Made by a program: the position numbers and the translations under genes
Part shown: one piece after another, positions 9,908-19,391 of the stretch
Layout: every line of letters begins with the position of its first letter
Position numbering within the stretch: position 1 is the first letter of the stretch
Source of the DNA: Akkermansia muciniphila
GTDB taxonomy: Bacteria; Verrucomicrobiota; Verrucomicrobiia; Limisphaerales; UBA9464
DNA: 60,120 nucleotides
Assembly (NCBI GenBank): GCA_945900455.1
Contig: CAMDJH010000005.1
Location: forward strand, 1-60,120
Direction of reading: 5' to 3'
Notes under the pieces: generated by a model
The model's input: only the letters and a program-made list of their open reading frames with translations
Databases searched by the model: none
What the model was told of the DNA's origin: nothing

Positions 9908-10828
9908 ATGATTATCAATTCGACGACCTCGAAGTTGGTTTGGGTGATGCTACTGCATACTGTTCTGGGGCTGCCTTGGGCGGTGACTGCGGCGGAGGAA
10001 CCAACCGAGGAGCGGTTCATCCCGAACTATGCCGCGGGTGACGCCTATTATCTGTGGAGCACGCGGACGGATCTCGAATTGGTTGCGGGGGCGACTGTGC
10101 AGGTGCAGGAAGCCGGCTTCAAAGCGCCCGTACCTGTATTCAGCAACGAACGTTCACGACTTACGGCAGGCGTGCAGTTGCGCTGGAACGTTTTGGATTT
10201 TGAGCGCAGCCCGACCTTCGGCGATTCGCTCGACCTTTATCGTCTGCAACTGCCGATTGATTTCTGGCACTCCTTCGATGATCGCTGGAAGGCGTGGGGC
10301 CGGGTGGAGCCGGGCTTGTTCACGGATTTCGAGAATGTCGATGACGATGCGTTTGCAGTGACGGTGCTAGCCGTGGGAAGTTATCAGTTCACGCCCCAGT
10401 TCAGCGCGGCCTTTGGTGTTTACTATTCGCGGGATCTTGGCGAAGACCGAGTGCTGCCGGCGCTAGGCGTGATTTGGAAGCCCGATCCGCACTGGAATGT
10501 GGGTCTGACATTTCCGCGTGCGACCGTTTCGTACGCTCCCACTCCCGCGTGGCTTTTCAGCGCCTTCGCGGGCCCGGGCGGCGCTGGATGGAGCGTTGCC
10601 GATCCGGCGACTGGCGAGAACCGAAGATTGAACTACACAAGCTGGCGGGGAGGCCTTGGGGCGGAGTACCAGTTTGCGAAAGTTGGACCCGCAGGACTCT
10701 GGGTCTTCCTGGCCGGCGGCTATCAGTTTCGTCAGGAATTGGAGATTAAAGACGGGGATACGTCGCTACTGGAAACGGATCTCGGGAATGGCCAGTTCGT
10801 GACCGGCGGCATCCGGCTCCGTTTTTGA
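9908..10828 (+). CDS. Outer-membrane beta-barrel protein (DUF6268-like)
   Basis: Signal peptide, alternating aromatic beta strands, LPALGVIWKP...FPR motif, C-terminal IRLRF (terminal Phe). Confidence 0.75.
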   Translation: MIINSTTSKLVWVMLLHTVLGLPWAVTAAEEPTEERFIPNYAAGDAYYLWSTRTDLELVAGATVQVQEAGFKAPVPVFSNERSRLTAGVQLRWNVLDFERSPTFGDSLDLYRLQLPIDFWHSFDDRWKAWGRVEPGLFTDFENVDDDAFAVTVLAVGSYQFTPQFSAAFGVYYSRDLGEDRVLPALGVIWKPDPHWNVGLTFPRATVSYAPTPAWLFSAFAGPGGAGWSVADPATGENRRLNYTSWRGGLGAEYQFAKVGPAGLWVFLAGGYQFRQELEIKDGDTSLLETDLGNGQFVTGGIRLRF

Positions 10829-10884
10829 CGTGGGAACTTGAATCAGCCTTGCGGAAGTTCGGACAATCAGCTTTGGGCAAACTC

Positions 10885-11040
10885 TCAGTGTCCAAGGCAT
10901 CCGTATTTGATGAACAGGCCCGCGTAAATGGCACCGCCGACCAGAAGAACCAGGGGGGCACCGGTCATGGCTTTTGCCGTACCAATCCCGAGGAGCACTC
11001 CGAAAACAAGGTAAACCAACATTGGCTTGATCAAATTCAT
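10885..11040 (-). CDS. Small two-TM membrane protein
   Basis: MNLIKPMLVYLVFGVLLGIG...YAGLFIKYGCLGH, two hydrophobic helices, fills intergenic space. Confidence 0.6.
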   Translation of the reverse strand: MNLIKPMLVYLVFGVLLGIGTAKAMTGAPLVLLVGGAIYAGLFIKYGCLGH

Positions 11041-11178
11041 GAAAAGTGACCCTAGAGTTTTTCGGATGTCTGACAAGTCAAACCCGAGCCGGTTGTTGCC
11101 CGAGGATGCTTTGCTTTATTTCGTGGCTTCCCGTGCGAATCCTACCGCGTGGTTCCGGTCGACGAGAGCCCGGACAAG

Positions 11179-11991
11179 TCATTTTCCCTGAGCCGTGACA
11201 TATTCCTTCGCCTTTGCGACGAAGGCGTCCGGGCTCTTTGCAAACTCTTGACTATCCGTTTCAATCGCCAGCTTTCCGGCGTAGTTGCTCTTTTTCAGCT
11301 CCGCAAATAGCCCTTTGAGATTGGCCTTCCCTTCACCGATGTGGGTATCGAAGGAGATATCGTCTCCTTGGGTTTTCTCGATGCGCTTATCCTTTAAGTG
11401 CAGATCAAACACTCGCCCATCGTACTCCTTGTAGACTTTGGCAGCGTCGAAACCTGCGCCGGTGATCCAGCCGATGTCCATGCAGACGCCGATCCGCCGG
11501 TCTCGATGCTGGATGATTTGCTTCACGATGGCCGGGTTTCCGTAGAGGGACTTGATTCCGTGATTGTGCACGGCGACTCGAATGTCGAACTCTTTCGCCA
11601 GAGCCTCCAGGTCGTCCCAGATCCGGAAATCGTTCGGCTCCACCACAATGACGCGGAATCCCATGAACTGGCAGAACTCAAAGAGGCGGCGGTTTTCTGC
11701 CTTGTCCATCGATGTCCCCGCAACTCCATAGGTGTAGGCATGCAGGCCATTCGCGGCGAGCTTCTCCTTCTTGGCGACCATCTCCTCCTTGGACTCCTTC
11801 TTGTAGTCGATATGGTTTGGAATCAACTGGAGCTCCTGAATTCCATGCTTTTTTGCGAAGACGACCACTTCATCGAACTTCATGTTGCGAAGGGTCCACG
11901 TCTGGATGGCGAGTTGATCGATCAGTTCACCGGCGGAAACCTCGGAGATCAAGATGACGGCCGACAGGCAGAGGGTAATTAGTTTCTTCAT
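11179..11991 (-). CDS. Secreted sugar phosphate isomerase/epimerase (xylose-isomerase-like TIM barrel)
   Basis: Signal peptide MKKLITLCL; AVHNHG, CMDIGW, DLHLKD, IGEGKANL, AIE motifs. Confidence 0.88.
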   Translation of the reverse strand: MKKLITLCLSAVILISEVSAGELIDQLAIQTWTLRNMKFDEVVVFAKKHGIQELQLIPNHIDYKKESKEEMVAKKEKLAANGLHAYTYGVAGTSMDKAENRRLFEFCQFMGFRVIVVEPNDFRIWDDLEALAKEFDIRVAVHNHGIKSLYGNPAIVKQIIQHRDRRIGVCMDIGWITGAGFDAAKVYKEYDGRVFDLHLKDKRIEKTQGDDISFDTHIGEGKANLKGLFAELKKSNYAGKLAIETDSQEFAKSPDAFVAKAKEYVTAQGK

Positions 11992-12193
11992 GGAAGGATC
12001 CCCAGAAGTAAGCCGGAGTTGAGCACTCTGGCAACCTCGAAACACCGAACAGCGGTGCCCGGGCGGAACTCGCAGGGGACACCGGGGTTCATCGGCCCTT
12101 GCACTTCGGATCCCCTGCGGATTGCAAGCGTGTCCCTCCGTCAGCAACTCGAATTGAAATCGCCGCCCACCGAAGGGTCTTTCTCCAGTGAAT

Positions 12194-12904
12194 ATGACCG
12201 ATCCAATCCGGATCCAAGACTTGGCCGTGCGGGATCGTCCTCGGGAACGCCTGGCCGAACAGGGCGCTGAATCCCTGCGGAATGCCGAATTGCTTGCGAT
12301 TCTGTTGCGGTCCGGCGTCCAAGGGGCGTCGGCGGTTCAGGTCGGCGAGAATTTGCTGCAACACTTTGGGACTCTCGATGGCCTGGCCCGGGCTCCCCTG
12401 GAACAATTGCGGGTGCGTGGCGTGGGTCGCGATAAGGCCATTGCTCTAAAGGCAGCCTTCACTCTGGCCCGTCGGATGGCAGACGATCTTCGGCGGGATT
12501 TGCCGCTGATGGAGCGCCCCGAGGCCATCGTCGCGGTGATGCGCGATGAAATGATCACCTATGAAACCGAGCACCTGAAGGTCCTGCTGTTGAACTCTCG
12601 CCGTAAGTTGATCCGGGTTGAAACCGTCGCGGCAGGACTTCTCGATCAGATTCTGGTCCATGCCCGGGAAGTCTTCCGGCCCGCCATTGCGGCCAATGCT
12701 CATTCCATTATTTTGGTTCATAATCATCCGAGCGGGGATCCGGTTCCCAGTGAAGCAGATACACGAGCCACTCGGGACTTGGTGCGGGCGGGCCAGCTGC
12801 TGAGAATTCCCGTTGTCGACCATGTCATCATCGGGCGTCGGAGTGAATCCTTTCCAGACGGCTGGGTTTCGCTACGTCAGATGGGAGTTGTGCCGGCCGA
12901 GTAG
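12194..12904 (+). CDS. radC: RadC/JAB-domain (UPF0758) protein
   Basis: RPRERL, ELLAILLRSG, VHAREVF, HNHPSGDPxPSxAD, DHVIIG. Confidence 0.93.
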   Translation: MTDPIRIQDLAVRDRPRERLAEQGAESLRNAELLAILLRSGVQGASAVQVGENLLQHFGTLDGLARAPLEQLRVRGVGRDKAIALKAAFTLARRMADDLRRDLPLMERPEAIVAVMRDEMITYETEHLKVLLLNSRRKLIRVETVAAGLLDQILVHAREVFRPAIAANAHSIILVHNHPSGDPVPSEADTRATRDLVRAGQLLRIPVVDHVIIGRRSESFPDGWVSLRQMGVVPAE

Positions 12905-13041
12905 CCCGCCACCGCCGGGCAGGCCGCGCTTGACGGCCACGGTGAATATGGAAGATCGTGAACACACAACTTTTGCTCCGCTCAATGCTCGAATTCCTAT
13001 TTGTTGCGCCGCGTCTCAAGAGTAAATTCACATCAATCGCT

Positions 13042-15696
13042 ATGCATTATCGAATCATTCGCCTGCTGTTCACTTTAGCCTTCTGGAGTGTCTGCTCGCA
13101 CCTCCGCGCGGCGGAGGTTTCCCCCAAACTGGCCCTCAAGAAGGGCGATCATATTGCCCTGATCGGCAATTCGACCGCCGACCGTATGCAGCACGACGGA
13201 TGGCTCGAGACGCTCATCGTGGCGAGCTTTCCTGAACACGACGTCGTCTTTCGGAATCTGGCCGCCACCGCGGATGAAGTCGCCACCTGGCATCGCTCCG
13301 AAAATTTTGGTTCGCGGGATGAGTGGTTGAAAAAGGTGCAGGCCGACGTAATTTTCGCGTTTTACGGCTTCAACGAATCGTTCAAAGGCGACGCTGGTTT
13401 GGCGAAGTTCAGGACGGATCTCGACAAGTTCATCAAGGACATCCGCGCCGCCGACTACAGCGGGAAGGGTTCGCCACGGTTGGTCCTCTTCAGCCCGATC
13501 GCCAACGAGAAAATCGACGACCCGAACCAGCCGGATCCGGCGGCAAACAACGCCAATCTGAGAAAATACACCGCTGCCATGGCCGAAATCGCCGCCATGA
13601 ATGGGGTGCCAATGGTCGATTTGTTCGCCATCTCCCAACGCCTCTACGCACCGATGGCCCGGCCCGGGCAGTCGTTGACCTTCAACACCTTTATGCTCAC
13701 GGAGGCCGGTAACAAGGCATTCGCTCCCGAAATTGTCCGAGATCTGTTCGGCGCAACCCGTCCGCTGGGAAACGTTGAGAAACTTCGTTCCGCGGTGAAC
13801 GACAAGAATGCCGAATGGCATGCGCGGTACCGAACCGTTGATGGCTATAACGTTTATGGGGGCCGTTCCAAGCTGACGTTCCCGAAGGCGGGCAAGGATT
13901 CTCAGAAAATCTCCAATTTCGACGTGATGCAGCAGGAAATGTCCCAGCGTGACGTGAAGACCGCGAATCGCGACCTGCGAGTGTGGGCGGTCGCCAAGGG
14001 CGGCGACCTGAAGGTTGATGATTCGAATCTGCCGGCCGTCGAGAAACTTCAATCCAACAAGCCTGACATCAAACCGTTCCTCAGCGGTGAAGAGGCCATC
14101 CAACACATGACCGTCCCGAAGGGGTGCAAGGTAACTCTATTCGCGAGTGAAGAACAGTTCCCTGAACTCGCCAGTCCCGTGCAGATGGCCTTCGATACCA
14201 AGGGTCGCCTCTGGGTTGCAGCGTGGCCGAGCTATCCAGAGCTTCGCCCGACCGATACCGTGAAGGACAAGTTGCTCATTTTTGAGGATCGCAAGGGTAC
14301 CGGGAAAGCGGATAAGATGACCGTTTTCATGGATGGGCTGAACTGCCCAACCGGATTTCAATTTTACAAGGACGGGGTCCTCGTGATGCAGGCCCCGGAT
14401 CTGTGGTTTGTTCGTGACACCGACGGCGATGGCAAGGCGGATTGGAAGGAACGAGTTCTGATGGGGATGGATTCCGCGGATTCGCATCACACCGCCAATG
14501 CCATGGTGCTCGATCCCGGCGGGGCCACCTACCTGAGCGATGGCGTATTTCATCGCACGCAGGTGGAAACCGCCATCGGGCCGGTCCGCAATTCAGACGG
14601 GTGCATCTATCGATTTGAACCGGTCACCGGAAAGTTTGAACGCTACGTTCCGTATGGTTTTGCCAATCCGCATGGGCGGGTTTTCGACCATTGGGGCAAT
14701 GACATCATCACCGATGCAACCGGCAATGAGAACTTCTTCGCCCCGGCGTTCAGCGGTTATTTGGAGTCCGGCAAGCACAAGGGAATGCAGCAATTCTGGA
14801 AACGCCCGTCCCGCCCGTGCCCGGCCACCGCCATTCTTTCCAGTCGTCACTTCCCGGAGGAATTCCAGAACAATTTCCTCAACGTCAACGTCATCGGGTT
14901 TCAGGGAATTTTCCGGGTGAAGGTCAGCGAGAGCGGTTCCGGGCTCGCCGGTGAAACCATTCCCGACGACTTGGTCAAGTCGGACGATCCCAACTTCCGC
15001 CCAATCGCCCTGGGGGTGGCACCCGACGGCTCCATTTACTTTTGCGACTGGGCCAAGCCGCTCATCGGTCACATGCAACATCACATCCGCGACCCAAATC
15101 GCGACAAGCAACACGGTCGTATCTATCGGATGACTTACGAAGGCCGCCCCTTGCTTTCGCCCGTGAAGATTGACGGCCAACCGATCGACGCACTGCTCGA
15201 GGCCCTCAAAACGCCCGAAGATGATGTGCGGACGCGGGCCAAAATTGAGCTGGGCAAACACGACAGCGCACGAGTGATCGCAGCGACCAAGACGTGGATG
15301 GCATCACTCGACAGCAAGGATCCCGAATACGAGCACCACAAGCTCGAAGCCCTCTGGGTTCATCAGTGGCAAAACGTCGTCGACGAATCCCTGCTCAAGC
15401 AGATACTCCGATCGCCCGACCACCGCGCCCGGGCGGCCGCCACCCGGGTGCTTTGCTACTGGCGTGATCGGGTGAAGGATCCGCTTGCACTCCTCAAAGT
15501 GCAGGTCGTTGATTCCCATCCGCGCGTCCGTCTGGAGGCGGTTCGGGCTTGCAGCTTTTTCACTACACGGGAGGCTGGGGATATCGCCTTGATGGCGCTC
15601 GATAAGGAGACGGATCCCAATAAACCTGACTATTACATCAAGTACTGCCTCGATGAGACCCTCAAGCAACTTGACAAGTACATGACGAAAAACTAG
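13042..15696 (+). CDS. Secreted PVC-type membrane-bound-dehydrogenase-domain protein: SGNH-like N-domain, beta-propeller and HEAT repeats
   Basis: Signal peptide; IALIGNS..DRMQH SGNH-like region; LFASEEQFPELASPVQMAFDTKGRLW, DTDGDGKAD, PDGSIYFCDW..LIGHMQH..RD; HPRVRLEAVRA HEAT. Confidence 0.85.
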   Translation: MHYRIIRLLFTLAFWSVCSHLRAAEVSPKLALKKGDHIALIGNSTADRMQHDGWLETLIVASFPEHDVVFRNLAATADEVATWHRSENFGSRDEWLKKVQADVIFAFYGFNESFKGDAGLAKFRTDLDKFIKDIRAADYSGKGSPRLVLFSPIANEKIDDPNQPDPAANNANLRKYTAAMAEIAAMNGVPMVDLFAISQRLYAPMARPGQSLTFNTFMLTEAGNKAFAPEIVRDLFGATRPLGNVEKLRSAVNDKNAEWHARYRTVDGYNVYGGRSKLTFPKAGKDSQKISNFDVMQQEMSQRDVKTANRDLRVWAVAKGGDLKVDDSNLPAVEKLQSNKPDIKPFLSGEEAIQHMTVPKGCKVTLFASEEQFPELASPVQMAFDTKGRLWVAAWPSYPELRPTDTVKDKLLIFEDRKGTGKADKMTVFMDGLNCPTGFQFYKDGVLVMQAPDLWFVRDTDGDGKADWKERVLMGMDSADSHHTANAMVLDPGGATYLSDGVFHRTQVETAIGPVRNSDGCIYRFEPVTGKFERYVPYGFANPHGRVFDHWGNDIITDATGNENFFAPAFSGYLESGKHKGMQQFWKRPSRPCPATAILSSRHFPEEFQNNFLNVNVIGFQGIFRVKVSESGSGLAGETIPDDLVKSDDPNFRPIALGVAPDGSIYFCDWAKPLIGHMQHHIRDPNRDKQHGRIYRMTYEGRPLLSPVKIDGQPIDALLEALKTPEDDVRTRAKIELGKHDSARVIAATKTWMASLDSKDPEYEHHKLEALWVHQWQNVVDESLLKQILRSPDHRARAAATRVLCYWRDRVKDPLALLKVQVVDSHPRVRLEAVRACSFFTTREAGDIALMALDKETDPNKPDYYIKYCLDETLKQLDKYMTKN

Positions 15697-15720
15697 TGGC
15701 CGATTGCCGCGTCAGTCTCA

Positions 15721-15761
15721 ACAAATCGGCATGAGCCTGTCATGGGGTCATGCCGATTTGT
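15721..15761. repeat. Perfect 14-bp inverted repeat between the two dehydrogenase-module genes
   Basis: ACAAATCGGCATGA (15721-34) / TCATGCCGATTTGT (15748-61); no U-tract. Confidence 0.8.
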
Positions 15762-15780
15762 CGTTGACTTGGTACGCATC

Positions 15781-17697
15781 ATGAACGTGAGAATCTTTAT
15801 CGTCTGGCTGTGCCTGCTTGCGGCCCTCCGTCCGCTGTTTTCAGTAACTGCGGCTGACGCGCCGGGCGGGGAGGCGAAGCCGCCGGAAGAAGGGGCCCGA
15901 AAGTTTTACTTACCCGCCAACCCGAGAGCGGCGGCCTACATGCTTGGGCGGCTGTCGAACAAGGAATTGCTGCAAGCTCCCCGAGTCGAGCCGGTGTTCA
16001 TTGCCATCCTTGAACGAACGGGGCTCGATTCAAAATACCGGGAGGAGGCTTTGGCGGGACTGGCGACATTGCACAAGACCGACCGTCTGAGCGAGTTGCT
16101 GGCGGCACTCGAGCGCCTGGACGCGCGGGGAACCAATTCCGCTCCGGCGATTCGCGATCTCACCGCGATGCTGGTGAAATCCAAGAGCCGGGATCTTGCC
16201 GAAAAAAAGTCTGGCCTTGAAACTCTGGTCGCCAAGGCCGAGCTACCATTGACACGGCGTGCGGCCTTCGCTGGGTGGGTCACGGCTGAAGGCAAACCCA
16301 ACCCTCTGTGGGATCAGGTGGCCCGGGATGAAACCAAGTTGGTCGATCTAGTGGGTGCCGTGCCGTTGCTAACCGATGCCTCGCTGCGGGCATCCTTTCA
16401 GCCGCTGATTGCACCGCTCGCCCAACGGGCAGCCACGCCGGAGTTACAGCAAGTGTCCATTCTGGCGCTGCCCGCAATGAAAGGGTACGAGGCGGTCAAC
16501 TATGCCGCGTTGGCCGGCCTGATTCGCGCCGGAACGGAACGAATTTCCGTGGTGCGAGCCTTGTTGCAACTTCCTCGTTCTTTTTGGCAGAAGGAATCCG
16601 CCGGACCCGTCGCGCAGAGCCTCTTGGACTACGCGGCCCAGGTTCCCCCAGACCGGCGCACGGAGGCGGATTTTCTTGATGCGGTTCAACTCGGCAATGA
16701 CCTTTCCTTGCTGCTTCCTGCCGATGACGGCAGGCGCATTCGCAAGGCCCTGGCAGAGCTCGGTGTCAGGGTGCTGGTCCTGAAGACCCTTCACGAGCAG
16801 ATGCTTTACGACAAGACCCGACTCGTCGTGGCGGCGGGGAAGCCGGTGGAAATCATTTTCGAGAACCCCGATTCCATGCCGCACAACTTCGTGATCACCG
16901 CACCGGGGGCCCGCGAGGAGATCGGCCGGATGGCCGACGCCATGATGCCCGACGCGGACGAGCAGGGGAGGATGTTCATCCCGAAGTCACCCAAGGTTCT
17001 TTTCGCTTCGAAGCTCGTCGACCCCGGGTCAACGTTAAGACTCAACTTCACCGCACCGACCGAGCCTGGGGAGTACAGCTATGTGTGCACGTTCCCCGGC
17101 CACTGGTTGCGGATGTTTGGAAGCTTGATTGTTGCCGCCGATGTGGAGGATTACCTTTCAAAAAACCCCGAGCCAGACGCGCCGAAGCTCATCGAATGGA
17201 AGGTGACCGACTTCACCGACGATTTGCAACGGGTGGATCATCACCGAAGTCACTCGGCTGGGAAGAATTTGTTCAGCTCGCTGGGTTGTGTTCAATGCCA
17301 TCAACTTGGCGTCGAGGGAGCGGCATTTGGACCCAGTCTTTCCGGAGTCTTTGCGCGCTGGAAGGGGGATAGCGGTGCGGTCTTGGAACAAATTTTGGAA
17401 CCGGCGAAAGCGGTGGACGAAAAATTCCGCGCGCAATCATTCGAACTCGGAGATGAAAACACGGTCGTCGGAATCGTGCTCGCCGAGGACGCCGAGAGTG
17501 TGACTCTCCAGACGGGTCCCTCCGCGGCTCTGATTCAGAAGATTCCAAAGGGTTCCATCAAATCCAGGGCAACCCAACAAGGCTCACTCATGCCGGGCGG
17601 TCTGCTCAACCTGATCAACAAGGAACAGATCTTGGACCTGCTGGCCTATCTGCTCGCCGAAGGCAATGCCGACCATGCCGCCTTCAAGCACGAGTGA
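15781..17697 (+). CDS. Secreted HEAT-repeat, type-1 copper cupredoxin (auracyanin/azurin-like) and monoheme cytochrome c protein
   Basis: Signal peptide; MPHN and CTFPGHWLRM Cu ligands; CVQCH heme motif followed by FGPSL...ILEP...SLMP. Confidence 0.88.
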   Translation: MNVRIFIVWLCLLAALRPLFSVTAADAPGGEAKPPEEGARKFYLPANPRAAAYMLGRLSNKELLQAPRVEPVFIAILERTGLDSKYREEALAGLATLHKTDRLSELLAALERLDARGTNSAPAIRDLTAMLVKSKSRDLAEKKSGLETLVAKAELPLTRRAAFAGWVTAEGKPNPLWDQVARDETKLVDLVGAVPLLTDASLRASFQPLIAPLAQRAATPELQQVSILALPAMKGYEAVNYAALAGLIRAGTERISVVRALLQLPRSFWQKESAGPVAQSLLDYAAQVPPDRRTEADFLDAVQLGNDLSLLLPADDGRRIRKALAELGVRVLVLKTLHEQMLYDKTRLVVAAGKPVEIIFENPDSMPHNFVITAPGAREEIGRMADAMMPDADEQGRMFIPKSPKVLFASKLVDPGSTLRLNFTAPTEPGEYSYVCTFPGHWLRMFGSLIVAADVEDYLSKNPEPDAPKLIEWKVTDFTDDLQRVDHHRSHSAGKNLFSSLGCVQCHQLGVEGAAFGPSLSGVFARWKGDSGAVLEQILEPAKAVDEKFRAQSFELGDENTVVGIVLAEDAESVTLQTGPSAALIQKIPKGSIKSRATQQGSLMPGGLLNLINKEQILDLLAYLLAEGNADHAAFKHE

Positions 17698-17720
17698 GAA
17701 TCGCTCGGCGGCGCGGCGGT

Positions 17721-17830
17721 GGGTGTGGGACAAAACTTTCCGTCGAGGAGATCCCGATCATGGCATCGACCCGTTTGCAGCCGTAACGTGGGTGATTCTG
17801 GAAATCGTGAAGATTTTTATCATGCACCCC
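17721..17830. mobile_element. Candidate MITE, 110 bp, flanked by a 13-bp direct repeat
   Basis: GCGGCGCGGCGGT at 17708-17720 and 17831-17843; ends GGGTGTGGGACAAAA vs reverse complement GGGGTGCATGATAAAA (imperfect TIR). Confidence 0.45.
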
Positions 17831-17861
17831 GCGGCGCGGCGGTTTCGCCATCGGGCAAAGC

Positions 17862-17890
17862 TTGACGCGTTTCCTGCCCCTTCCTAGGTT
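17862..17890 (+). promoter_or_regulatory. Putative sigma-70 promoter of tig
   Basis: TTGACG-N17-TAGGTT, about 60 bp upstream of ATG 17950. Confidence 0.55.
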
Positions 17891-17949
17891 GGGGGTCTTT
17901 GCCGGTCTGGCCGTCCCTGGCCGGCTCACGATTCCTAAACACGCAGAAC

Positions 17950-19263
17950 ATGAACGTTTCCGTTGATCACCTTGGTCCCTGCAAAAAATTGCTCCGCGTC
18001 GAAGTGCCCCTGGAGGCGGTCAATACCGCCTTTGGTGACGTTTCCAAACAGTTCCGAAAGGAGGCTCAACTTCCCGGATTTCGGCCGGGGCGCGCTCCGG
18101 AGCATTTGATCGTCAAGGCGTATGAACCTCGAATTCTCGAGGAAACCCGTAAGAAGTTGTTCGAGAATTCCTATCGCGCGGCCGCCCAGCAGGAAAAACT
18201 GGAAGTCATCGTGACGCTGAACGTCGAGGAGCAGCAGTTCGGCCGTGGCCTGCCCTATGCCTACAACGTTACATGCGAGGTGGTACCCGTCTTTACCGTC
18301 CCAGAATACAAGGGCTTGGCGGCCCGACGAGAGATTGCGGTCCCCTCGGACGCGGACGTGGATCGAGCGACGAACATTCTCCGGGAACAGCAGGTGAAGT
18401 ACAACGACGTCCCCCGCGAATTGCGGGATGGCGACGTGGCCGTCGTCAACTACACCGCGACCATCGATGGAAAGCCTCTCACGGAGATCGCCCCCACGGC
18501 CCGAGGCCTGACGGAGAAACAGAATTTTTGGATCGCCGTTGCCAAGGATTCTTTCCTTCCCGGATTCACCGAGCAACTGCATGGTGCAAATATCGGCGAT
18601 CGACGTTCTGTACAGGTCGAGTTTCCCGCCGAGTTTGTTTCCGCTGAACTTTCAAAAAAAATCGCCGTCTATGACGTCGAAATCGTTGGGGTGAAGGAAA
18701 AAATCCTGCCCGAAGTGAATGAGGAATTCGCCCGGTCATTGGGCGCAGACACCGTTCAAGAGCTGCTCGATGGGATTCGCCGGGATCTGCAGAACGAGCT
18801 GATTCACCGCCAAAAGAGGGACGTGCGCGACCAGTTGCTCAAGGAACTCCTCTCTCGCGTCGAGTTGGATCTTCCCGAGAGCGTTGTCGCAAGCGAAACT
18901 CGCGATCTGGTTTATAACATCGTCAATGAGAACCAGAAGCGGGGCGTTCCGAAGGAAGCAATCGAGCAGAAGAAGGATGATATCTATGCCGGCGCGAGCC
19001 GCACCGCCCGTGAGCGCGTGAAGGCGGCATTCGTCCTAAACCGGATTGCCCGAGCCGAGAAAATCAAAGCGGAGCAAAGAGATGTCATCAATCGTGTCGG
19101 TGCGCTCGCCCAGCAGAATGAAGTGAGCATGGAAAAGATGATCAAGCTGATCCAGGAGCGGGGAGGATTCAGCGATATTGAGCAAGGCGTCGTTACCGAC
19201 AAGGTCATGGATTTTCTCGAACTGAACGCAAAAATCGACGATGTGCCGTCGACTCGCTCGTGA
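17950..19263 (+). CDS. tig: Trigger factor
   Basis: LPGFRPGRAP ribosome-binding signature, FKBP domain FLPGFTEQLHG, C-terminal SurA-like region. Confidence 0.95.
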   Translation: MNVSVDHLGPCKKLLRVEVPLEAVNTAFGDVSKQFRKEAQLPGFRPGRAPEHLIVKAYEPRILEETRKKLFENSYRAAAQQEKLEVIVTLNVEEQQFGRGLPYAYNVTCEVVPVFTVPEYKGLAARREIAVPSDADVDRATNILREQQVKYNDVPRELRDGDVAVVNYTATIDGKPLTEIAPTARGLTEKQNFWIAVAKDSFLPGFTEQLHGANIGDRRSVQVEFPAEFVSAELSKKIAVYDVEIVGVKEKILPEVNEEFARSLGADTVQELLDGIRRDLQNELIHRQKRDVRDQLLKELLSRVELDLPESVVASETRDLVYNIVNENQKRGVPKEAIEQKKDDIYAGASRTARERVKAAFVLNRIARAEKIKAEQRDVINRVGALAQQNEVSMEKMIKLIQERGGFSDIEQGVVTDKVMDFLELNAKIDDVPSTRS

Positions 19264-19297
19264 CGGTAGATCCCGCTCTGTGACCAGGGTGTCCTTC

Positions 19298-19327
19298 GGG
19301 TGGCCTCAAGAGGCCGCCCTTTTTTTT
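19298..19327 (+). terminator. Intrinsic terminator after tig
   Basis: GGGTGGCCTC-AA-GAGGCCGCCC stem followed by T8. Confidence 0.8.
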
Positions 19328-19391
19328 CGTTTTTTCCTGAGGAAATGGCGCCTTGCGATCGCTCGGTTTGCCGGGTTTACTCCGATCGGGC

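Noticed and set aside
9766-10020. N-terminal extension of tex and reciprocal extension of the beta-barrel ORF
   Set aside because: The two extensions overlap each other; homology and signal peptide favour ATG 9765 and ATG 9908
12194-12904. radC as a marker of a mobile or anti-restriction element
   Set aside because: Full-length chromosomal type with N-terminal HhH region; no integrase or phage genes nearby
13075-14106. Long antisense ORFs (also 43047-43895, 51249-52268, 54218-55267)
   Set aside because: Shadow frames of well-supported genes in high-GC DNA, with no recognisable motifs
17698-17949. tRNA gene often found upstream of tig
   Set aside because: No cloverleaf or T-loop GTTCRA with acceptor stem seen
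19286-19294. AGGGTGTCC shared with 48041-48049 as inversion breakpoint repeats
   Set aside because: Only 9 bp and in direct, not inverted, orientation; likely chance
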